NCBI GenBank assembly: GCA_964016885.1
Contig: OZ024762.1
Span: 17,112,001 to 17,176,000 of the forward strand
DNA from: Eledone cirrhosa
Lineage: Eukaryota
Reading direction: 5' to 3'
DNA length: 64,000 nucleotides
Shown here: positions 50,482-64,000 of the stretch, one piece after another
How positions within the stretch are numbered: the first letter of the stretch is position 1
Layout: each line of letters begins with the position of its first letter
Notes under the pieces: generated by a model
What the model was told of the DNA's origin: nothing
What the model saw: the letters and a program-made list of their open reading frames with translations, nothing else
Databases searched by the model: none
Position numbers and translations under genes: made by a program

Positions 50482-52582
50482 TATGACGCTCCTCAAGTAT
50501 AACAATATGACCCTCCCCAAGTATAACAATATGACCCTCTCCAAGTATAACAATATGACCCTCCCCAAGTATAACAACATGACTCTCCCCAAGTATAACA
50601 CTATGACCCTTCCCAAGTATAACAACATGACCCTCCCCAAGTATAACACCATGACCCCCCCAAGTATAACAACATGACCCTCTCCAAGTATAACAATATG
50701 ACCCTTCCCAAGTATAACAACATGACCCTCCCCAAGTATAACAACATGACCCTCCCCAAGTATAACAACATGACCCTCCCGAAGTATAACACCATGACCC
50801 CCCCAAGTATAACAACATGACCCTCTCCAAGTATAACAATATGACCCTCTCCAAGTATAACAATATGACCCTTCCCAAGTATAACAATATGACCCTTCCC
50901 AAGTATAACAACATGACCCTCCCCAAGTATAACAATATGACCCTCCCCAAGTATAACAACATGACTCTCCCCAAGTATAACACTATGACCCTTCTCAAGT
51001 ATAACAACATGACCCTCCCCAAGTATAACACCATGACCCCCCCAAGTATAACAACATGACCCTCTCCAAGTATAACAATATGACCCTCTCCAAGTATAAC
51101 AATATGACCCTTCCCAAGTATAACAACATGACCCTCCCCAAGTATAACAACATGACCCTCCCCAAGTATAACATGACCCTCCCGAAGTATAACACCATGA
51201 CCCCCCCAAGTATAACAACATGACCCTCCCCAAGTATAACACCATGACCCCCCCCAAGTATAACAACATGACCCTCTCCAAGTATAACAATATGACCCTT
51301 CCCAAGTATAACAACATGACGCTCCCCAAGTATAACAACATGACCCTCCCCAAGTATAACAACATGACCCTCCCGAAGTATAACACCATGACCCCCCCCC
51401 CCCAAGTATAACAACATGACCCTCTCCAAGTATAACAATATGACCCTCTCCAAGTATAACAATATGACCCTTCCCAAGTATAACAATATGACCCTTCCCA
51501 AGTATAACAACATGACCCTCCCCAAGTATAACAATATGACCCTCCCCAAGTATAACAACATGACTCTCCCCAAGTATAACACTATGACCCTTCTCAAGTA
51601 TAACAACATGACCCTCCCCAAGTATAACACCATGACCCCCCCAAGTATAACAACATGACCCTCTCCAAGTATAACAATATGACCCTCTCCAAGTATAACA
51701 ATATGACCCTTCCCAAGTATAACAACATGACCCTCCCCAAGTATAACAACATGACCCTCCCCAAGTATAACATGACCCTCCCGAAGTATAACACCATGAC
51801 CCCCCCAAGTATAACAACATGACCCTCTCCAAGTATAACAATATGACCCTCTCCAAGTATAACAATATGACCCTTCCCAAGTATAACAATATGACCCTTC
51901 CCAAGTATAACAACATGACCCTCCCCAAGTATAACAATATGACCCTCCCCAAGTATAACAACATGACCCTCCCGAAGTATAACAACGTGACCCTCCCCAA
52001 GTATAACAACATGACCCTCCCGAAGTATAACAACATGACCCTCCCCAAGTATAACAACATGACCCTCCCCAAGTATAACAATATGACCCTCCTCAAGTAT
52101 AACAATATGACCCTCTCCAAGTATAACAATATGACCCTCCTCAAGTATAGCAACATGACCCTCTCCAAGTATAACACTATGACCCTCCCCAAGTATAACA
52201 ATATGACCCTCCCCAAGTATAACAATATGACCCTCCCCAAGTATAACAACATGACCCTCCCCAAGTATAACAATATGACCCTCCTCAAGTTTAACAATAT
52301 GACCCTCTCCAAGTATAACAATATGACCCTCCTCAAGTATAGCAACATGACCCTCCCCAAGTATAACACTATGACCCTCCCCAAGTATAACACTATGACC
52401 CTCCCCAAGTATAACAACATGACCCTCCCGAAGTATAACAACATGACCCTCCCCAAGTATAACAACATGACCCTCCCAAGTATAACAACATGACCCTCCG
52501 AAGTATAACAACATGACCCTCCCCAAGTATAACACTATGACCCTCCCCAAGTATAACACTATGACCCTCCCCAAGTATAGCA
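50455..52582 (+). repeat. 24-bp minisatellite, about 88 copies, derived from the P3 arm terminus
   Basis: Unit AACAA(C/T)ATGACCCTCCCCAAGTAT is single-copy at the ends of the P3 arms (~19927-19952 and ~25083-25110). Confidence 0.95.
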
Positions 52583-53991
52583 ATAAAAAAACTTCGATAT
52601 GTGATAAACATAACATGTATATATGTCGTAGTGTATATACAAATAGATGAGTGTTTGTAGTTTGGGGAGAAAAATATAATTATTGGGGGGCCATGGGGCA
52701 GGGCATGTCCCACCCTTCTAGACTATGGACCCCCTATCCTCCCTGGCCATCTCAGGTTTACCACACCTGTGAGGTACAACATGGCGGAATGTCTCACCTT
52801 AACTGTGTGATTTATAGATATAAAATATACAGAAACAGACACACACACAGGCACACATACACACATACATAGATACAGGCATACACACACACAGGCATAC
52901 ACACACAGGCATACACACACACACACAAGCATACATACACACACACAAGCATACATACACACACAGGCATACAGAGACACACACACAGACACAAACACAC
53001 ACACACACACAGGCACAAACACACACACACACACAGGGATACAAACAGACATACACACACACAGGCACACACACACAGGGATACAGACAGACAGACACAC
53101 ACACAGGCATACACACACACATACACACACACAGGGATACAGACAGACACACACACACACACATAGGCATCCACACACACATACACAGGGAGACAGACAG
53201 ACAGACACACACAGGCACACACACACACATACACAGGGATACAGACAGACAGACACACACACACAGGCATACACACACACATACACAGGGATACAGATAC
53301 ACACACACACACACAGGCATACACACACACATACACAGGGATACAGATACACACACACACACACAGGTATACACACACACACACAGACATACAGACATAC
53401 AAACACACACACATGCATTCACAGACATACACACACACACAAGCATACATACAGGCACACACACACAGACATAGAGATACACACACCCAATCACAAACAC
53501 ACACACACACATGCACACACAAAAGCGCATGACCCCCCCCACACACATACACTTAAACAGACAGACATACACACACACAACACACAAAAACATGCACACT
53601 CACTCATACACACACAAACACATACACACACAGAACCACACATCGACACACGCACACATATATACACACTCACGTACACCCTCAAAGCAGTTCCCCGCAC
53701 ACACACACACACACAGCCACACAACCACATACACAGAAACATACACACAAACAACATAGAAACCCCACATACGCACACATAAAAAACAAACAAAGAATAA
53801 GAAATTAAGAAACAAGGAAAGGAAAGGGAAAAAGAAAAAAAGATAAGACCTTTTGAACGTTTAGCCAAGGGAAATAACTCTCAGAATACAATGAAAGGGA
53901 GATAATTGGAGATAAAATATTGTGTGGTGGTTAATATAACGATATGTGAGATAAACAAACCTATAAATATACACGATAGACGAATTACATA

Positions 53992-54060
<69 letters not shown>

Positions 54061-54063
<3 letters not shown>

Positions 54064-54265
54064 GGAAATTGTTTAACCCCGACGGCAGAGCTCAAGCTGT
54101 TTCGACGGCTATTTCTGGACGCCGACTGAGTCCAGAAATAGCCGTCGAAACGGATTGAACTCTGCCGTCGGGGTAAACATTTTCCTATTACCACTCTACT
54201 ACTGTAAGTATTAAGTACTCTGGTGCGTGCGTTATGGTCCATCTGGTCCTTACCACACTTCCTTC

Positions 54266-54269
<4 letters not shown>
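54061..54269. mobile_element. P1 fold-back element
   Basis: Arms 54061-54120 and 54130-54188; tail on the right. Confidence 0.85.
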
Positions 54270-54327
<58 letters not shown>

Positions 54328-54332
<5 letters not shown>

Positions 54333-54563
54333 TATTAATAAACGGAAACTATATTTATAAAATCATATTTATTTTATTATATATATTTCAAGGGTACCAA
54401 AATTTTGGTACCCTTGAAATATATATAATAGAATAAATATGATTTTATAAATATAGTTTCCGTTTATTAATATTATTGATATTATACTCCAGAAGAAATC
54501 CGAAGAGTGCTTCGAATCTGTAAATAAATTTGTTGAGTAGCCAACAAATTAAATAACTCTTTG

Positions 54564-54565
<2 letters not shown>
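54328..54565. mobile_element. P4 fold-back, loopless palindrome
   Basis: 54328-54477 is a palindrome centred on CCAAAATTTTGG; homologous to the 47700 element; tail to 54565. Confidence 0.85.
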
Positions 54566-56020
<1,455 letters not shown>

Positions 56021-56184
56021 TTTAAACAACAAAGAGAGGTATAGAAAGTCTGTCGGGCTTTAGCCCTTCTTCAGGAGCCCAGACTAGAGACAGGATCACA
56101 CAGGATAGTTACAGGAAAGAAGGGTATTCCAAGTATAGTAAAAACAAGTAAATATAGAGAATATATATATATATATATATATAT

Positions 56185-56261
<77 letters not shown>

Positions 56262-56578
56262 TGTAAACAGAAAGAGAGAAAGAAAGAGAGAGATAGAGAG
56301 AGAGAGTAAGATAGGAAAGAGAGAAAGATAGTAAAATAGATAGATAGATAGAGAGAGAGAGAAGGAAAGAGAGAGTGTGTGTGAGAGTGAGAGAGAGAGA
56401 GGGAGAAAGAAGGAGAGAGTGAGAGAAAGAAGGAGAGGGAGAGAGAGAGAGAGAAAGAAAGAAAGAGAGAGAGAGAGAGAGGGGGGGGGGGAGAGAGAGT
56501 AAGATAGATAGAGATAGATAGCTAGAGAGAAAGAGAGAGAGAAAGAAAGAGAGAGTGAGAGAAAGAAGGAGAGAGAGG

Positions 56579-56625
<47 letters not shown>

Positions 56626-56666
56626 TAAGATAGATAGAGATAGATAAATAGATAGAGATAGATAGC

Positions 56667-56702
<36 letters not shown>

Positions 56703-56707
56703 AAGAA

Positions 56708-56741
<34 letters not shown>

Positions 56742-57029
56742 GGAGAGAGAGAGGGAGAGAGAGAAAATTTATCTACAGTATTTGCTGTTCGGACAATTTG
56801 TGCGAAGAAAAAAAAGCCAAGCAACCAAAAAAAGACAGTAAACCACATTACAATGTCTGCCCAAATATGTGGTCAACCCACGTAAGATGGAATATTTCAG
56901 TGTTTTTACTAGCATCTGTCGTCATTTGTACGTTTACAGAGGTCTCCTCTTACAATAGAAGAATTTCCTCGCGTCTCTTTCGAGAATAGACCTTCCCCAA
57001 ATCGATAAAAATCCACAGAAAAAATGGTA

Positions 57030-57145
<116 letters not shown>

Positions 57146-57146
57146 C

Positions 57147-57192
<46 letters not shown>

Positions 57193-57200
57193 GTATATAC

Positions 57201-57234
<34 letters not shown>

Positions 57235-57238
57235 GTAT

Positions 57239-57311
<73 letters not shown>

Positions 57312-57332
57312 AATACATATATATATATATAA

Positions 57333-57436
<104 letters not shown>

Positions 57437-57447
57437 GTATATGTATG

Positions 57448-57489
<42 letters not shown>

Positions 57490-57520
57490 GAACAAAATAA
57501 CGAAGAAAACGACACAGTAC

Positions 57521-57582
<62 letters not shown>

Positions 57583-57727
57583 GATATATATAATTCATTT
57601 TGAAACTAGTTAGACCATTACTCAGCAGAGTACTCAATACTTGGGGTAGTAGAGTATGGTTATATTATAAAGAGTCGGGACCCCAACGGCTGAGCTCTTG
57701 CCGTTTCGATACCAAATACACACACAA

Positions 57728-57761
<34 letters not shown>

Positions 57762-57854
57762 TTACGTTTATTACCTACATACATACATACAGTATATATA
57801 TTATATATGCACATATATGTATACATACATTTAAACGTACATATATATTCATAC

Positions 57855-57917
<63 letters not shown>

Positions 57918-58554
57918 CATATATATATATGTATGTGTGTGTGTTACAGGAATGACTTGTACATGACGAGGACTGCTCCCTTCGTATGGAATAATTGTTT
58001 CTATTTTCGGCACAAAGCCAGCAATCACCCATTACATTACTGGTACTTTATTTTTATCGACCCCGTAAGAATGAAAGGCAAAGTTAACCTCGAATACCCA
58101 TACTATGTAGAGAAAGCTGGTGGTGGTGCCCCGGGGTCGACTACCAGAAGGGAAGACCCTGTCTCACCTTCTTCACTATTCCAGTGTCTTCGCCCACTTC
58201 TTTTTAAAATTAATTTTATAAGATCTTTCCAAAAATCTCTATATATATATATATATGATAAATATACACACACACACATACACATATATATATATATATA
58301 CATACATACACACACACATATATATATACATACACACACACACACATACAAACACACATACGCACACACACACACACGCACAGACACACAACATATATAG
58401 GACAAGCACATATACGCCACCAGTTGATACACACACATTGGTACGTACATACCATACATATACATGTATGTGTATGTGTGTGTGTGTGTGTATATATATA
58501 TGTAAATATACATATATATATACATATATATATACACAACACACGCACACACAC

Positions 58555-58932
<378 letters not shown>

Positions 58933-58954
58933 GTATATATATATACATATATAT

Positions 58955-58995
<41 letters not shown>

Positions 58996-59010
58996 GTATA
59001 TATATATGTG

Positions 59011-59144
<134 letters not shown>

Positions 59145-59169
59145 GTATATGTATATATATATGTATATA

Positions 59170-59234
<65 letters not shown>

Positions 59235-59381
59235 CTTAAATTTAGGTTTAATCAATATACATATAAAATAAGTATCGATAATGTATCTCAATAAAAGCTC
59301 AATAAACTTCTCTGTGTGTGTGTGTGTGTGTATATATAAGTATATCTATCTATATATATATATCTATATATTAGATAGATA

Positions 59382-59413
<32 letters not shown>

Positions 59414-59480
59414 CATATATATACATATGTATATATATATATATATATATACATATATATACATATATATATATATATAC

Positions 59481-59551
<71 letters not shown>

Positions 59552-59572
59552 TACATACATCTATATATATAC

Positions 59573-59643
<71 letters not shown>

Positions 59644-59682
59644 CATATATACATACATATATACATATACATATATATATAT

Positions 59683-59889
59683 AAGTTTTAATATAGAAGA
59701 GATTCTACAGGACTAGAACTGTTTCATTCTTTAGAAATCATCAGGAATCTCTGAGATTCCTGATGATTTCTAAAGAATGAAACAGTTCTAGTCCTGTAGA
59801 ATCTCTTCTATATTAAAACTTTTATACTCTGCTATGTATTGAGTACCTTACTTACTGTGGTTACCTCCGATTCAACCCGGAATAACGTA
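59683..59889. mobile_element. P2 perfect palindrome with two complete hammerheads
   Basis: GAGATTC CTGATGA TTTCT-AA-AGAAT GAAAC AG-TTCTAGTC-CT GTA GAATCTC at 59753-59805, mirrored on the minus strand; palindrome 59683-59821. Confidence 0.9.
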
Positions 59890-59890
59890 C

Positions 59891-60148
<258 letters not shown>

Positions 60149-60303
60149 ATATATATATATGTATCTATGTCTGGCTGTATATATATTTACATAAGTATAA
60201 AAAACTTAAGGACCTACCGAAGATCCTAGGATTTGTCCCTATTCCTGGTTCCATCTTCCCTCGACGTTAAACGTGAGTACAACAGTTCTCTGAATGGACC
60301 GCA

Positions 60304-60343
<40 letters not shown>

Positions 60344-60475
60344 TTGTTGTTGTTCAGTTCCAGCTGAGTAGCAGAACGTACCACACACACATACACACAC
60401 ATACACACACATACACACACATACACACACACGTATATGTAGTAATAATAAATATGAAGAGCATATATATATATG

Positions 60476-60558
<83 letters not shown>

Positions 60559-60620
60559 TATATATATATTTATATATATATATACATATATATGTTTATA
60601 TATATATATATGTATACATA

Positions 60621-60661
<41 letters not shown>

Positions 60662-60707
60662 TTATATATATATATATATATATATACATATATATATGTA
60701 TATATAT

Positions 60708-60877
<170 letters not shown>

Positions 60878-60914
60878 TATATAAATATATATATATATAT
60901 ATGTATTTATATAT

Positions 60915-61237
<323 letters not shown>

Positions 61238-61259
61238 CTCTCTCTCTATATATATATAT

Positions 61260-61334
<75 letters not shown>

Positions 61335-61391
61335 TATATATATATATTATATATATTATATATATATAATATATATATATATAATATATAT

Positions 61392-61454
<63 letters not shown>

Positions 61455-61474
61455 TATATATATATAATATATAT

Positions 61475-61529
<55 letters not shown>

Positions 61530-61534
61530 ATATA

Positions 61535-61581
<47 letters not shown>

Positions 61582-61615
61582 ATATAATATATATATATAT
61601 ATATATATAATATAT

Positions 61616-61817
61616 ATAGGTAAAGATTCAGGACCCCGACGGCTGAGCTCTGGCAGTTTCGACGGCTCGATCCGAACTGTTCAGATCTAGCTGTCGAAAC
61701 GGCCAGAGCTCCACCGTCGGGGTCCTGACTCTTTACCTATTACCCACTCTACTACCCTAAGTATTGAGTACTCTGGTGCGTTATGGTCCACCTGGTTCCT
61801 TACCACACCTCCTTCGT

Positions 61818-61818
<1 letters not shown>
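61616..61818. mobile_element. P1 fold-back element
   Basis: Arms 61616-61677 and 61679-61740; tail on the right. Confidence 0.85.
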
Positions 61819-61872
<54 letters not shown>

Positions 61873-61884
61873 CTTTCTATCTCT

Positions 61885-61924
<40 letters not shown>

Positions 61925-62088
61925 CACACATATATATATATATATATATACATACATATATGAGTGTGTGTGTATAAGACTCCCCACTGGACAGGATGCT
62001 AGTCCATCGCACTATTATACCATCAGATATTGCTGGTACTCACTGCTAGCTGAATATATTAGAGCAACATAACAGAGACTAGGATTCG

Positions 62089-62180
<92 letters not shown>

Positions 62181-62329
62181 GTTCAAGGAAACAACAAACA
62201 GAGGTACAAAAGTCTTATTAGTTTCACGCTCTTTATGGAAAAGAGGAAAGAAAGTTTGACGTGTCGGGCTTCAGCCCTTCTTCAAGAGTACAATTCTTTT
62301 TATAAGCACAAAATGTAGACACCCTCGCA

Positions 62330-62425
62330 AGGCCGAGGTATTCCGTACTTCTATATACTGTTTCAGAAAGGATAAACATGCCAATCTATGTTTAGAATCC
62401 CGAGCAACGCCGGGCCATTCTGCTA

Positions 62426-62427
<2 letters not shown>
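62330..62427 (+). mobile_element. Helitron 3' end
   Basis: CCCGAGCAACGCCGGG hairpin followed by CTAG|T. Confidence 0.6.
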
Positions 62428-62515
<88 letters not shown>

Positions 62516-62516
62516 A

Positions 62517-62727
62517 CGTAGGTCCCGGGTTGAGTCGGGATAACCACAGTAAGTAAGGTACTCAATACATGGCAGAGTAAACATTTTTTATTTTATAGAA
62601 GGAGCTTCTACAGGACTAGTACTGTTTCATTCAGATGAAATCTTCAGGAAGCTGGGTGTCTTACCCAGCTTCCTGAAGATTTCATCTGAATGAAACAGTA
62701 CTAGTCCTGTAGAAGCTCCTTCTATAA

Positions 62728-62730
<3 letters not shown>
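62517..62730. mobile_element. P2 fold-back with two complete hammerheads
   Basis: AGCTTC CTGAAGA TTTCA-TC-TGAAT GAAAC AG-TACTAGTC-CT GTA GAAGCT at 62667-62717; perfect arms 62590-62657 and 62663-62730. Confidence 0.9.
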
Positions 62731-62765
<35 letters not shown>

Positions 62766-62840
62766 CAGTAATAATATATACAACATCCAAAAGCCATATA
62801 TACATACATATATACATACATATATACATATATATATATA

Positions 62841-62966
62841 GGAGGAGGTTATAGTTCACTTGAAGCATTGTGTAATGAGGTATAAACGTTTGAATATGTA
62901 TAATAAAGCCAAAACAATGCAGGTTTGGACATACCTGCATTGTTTTGGCTTTATTATACATATTCA

Positions 62967-62969
<3 letters not shown>
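62841..62969. mobile_element. Short fold-back with tail, in (TA)n
   Basis: Arms 62888-62924 and 62933-62969. Confidence 0.7.
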
Positions 62970-63004
<35 letters not shown>

Positions 63005-63377
63005 CGTAAGTATGCATGTCTATTTTTCTTAATTTTAAAATTTATTTTGAAGTGGCCACCTTCACGGCGGCAAGGTTGTAAAGATTGGCAAACTCCCGTC
63101 ATCCCTGTACAATAATTTATCTTAAGAAAGTTTTACAGATTAAGGTTACAGATACGCGGCCATTTCTAGATTAAGAATTCAGACAGTTTCTCAAACATTT
63201 TCAAACAAGGAACACACATATATATTCCCCTACCTTCTTTTACGGAACCCGAGACACTCCTTTGTAGAACCCTCTTTAGGGACCACTGAATTAAGGACCT
63301 GAGGTTTTTTCTCCACAAATTCAGGTTCAGTCATACTTGGTCTAGGAATGTTGCTATACATCACATAACTTCAATAA

Positions 63378-63901
63378 TAATTGTTTCTACTTTTGGCACA
63401 AGGCCAGCAAATACCCAGTGCATTACTGGTACTTTATTTTATCGACCCCGTAAGGATGAAAAGCAAAGTCAACCTAGCTTCAATGATAATGATTTCTTAT
63501 ATAGGCACAAGGCCAGCAATTTTGAGGGAGGGGAAAGTCGATTAAATTGACCCCAGTGCATGACTGGTACTTTATTTTATCGACCCCGTAAGGATGAAAG
63601 GCAAAGTTAACCTCGACGGGATTTGAACTCAGATAATAAAGGGCGTAACTCTATGCTGCAAAGCATGGCGTCCGACCCTCTACCGATACTGCCAATCCAC
63701 CGCCCTCATAGCTTCAATAAGAATTGTTTCTACGTTAGGCACAAGGCCAGCAAATACCCAGTGCATTACTGGTACTTTATTTTATCGACCCCGTAAGGAT
63801 GAAAGGCAAAGTTGACCTTGGCGGGATTTGAACTCAGAATGGCAAGGGCCGTAACTCTATACGTCAAAGCATGGCGTCCGACCCTCTACCAATGCTGCCA
63901 A
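63378..63901 (-). mobile_element. Three tandem SINE family B copies
   Basis: 63378-63475 (partial), 63492-63705 and 63722-63901. Confidence 0.9.
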
Positions 63902-64000
63902 ATGAAAGGTATGAAGTCGAAAAGGCAAGAGCTCAGACGTCGGGTATGTATGTATGTATGTATGTATGTATGTATGTATGTATGTATGTATGTATGTATG

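Noticed and set aside
50455-52582. CRISPR array or telomeric repeat
   Set aside because: Units are contiguous with no unique spacers, there are no cas genes, the context is eukaryotic, and the unit is not TTAGGG.
50309-52616. 719-aa and overlapping ORFs with LLYLGRVM or MTLPKYNN repeats
   Set aside because: Product of the 24-bp array, open in several frames on both strands with frequent frameshifting indels.
60239-60380. Poly-Q exon on the minus strand
   Set aside because: Short (CAG/CAA)n with a stop soon after and no recognisable domain; cannot be supported without transcript data.

Overview
This is repeat-saturated eukaryotic DNA, most likely from an octopod cephalopod; that is inferred from the tRNA-derived Nin-domain SINE families and the extreme (TA)n/(CA)n/(GA)n content. 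No intact host protein-coding gene can be supported, and nearly all listed ORFs are translations of micro- or minisatellites. Recognisable elements are a full-length but disabled DD37D (maT) Tc1/mariner (27671-28974), an internally deleted Hsmar2-like mariner, several MITEs, decayed CR1-, RTE- and R4/Dong-type LINE pieces, more than 20 SINE copies, several minisatellites born inside transposons, and two promoter-like motif clusters. The main signal is more than 20 short elements from about ten sequence families, most of them fold-back (inverted-repeat) structures and nearly all embedded in (TA)n. Many carry minimal type I hammerhead ribozyme folds with palindromic stem III loops, the hallmark of Penelope-like element (PLE) pseudo-LTRs. 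They share an asymmetric architecture (one arm with an extra 3' tail) and a cross-family ACTC...GAGT stem in that tail. One family has amplified the 24 nt at its arm boundary into an array of about 2.1 kb.
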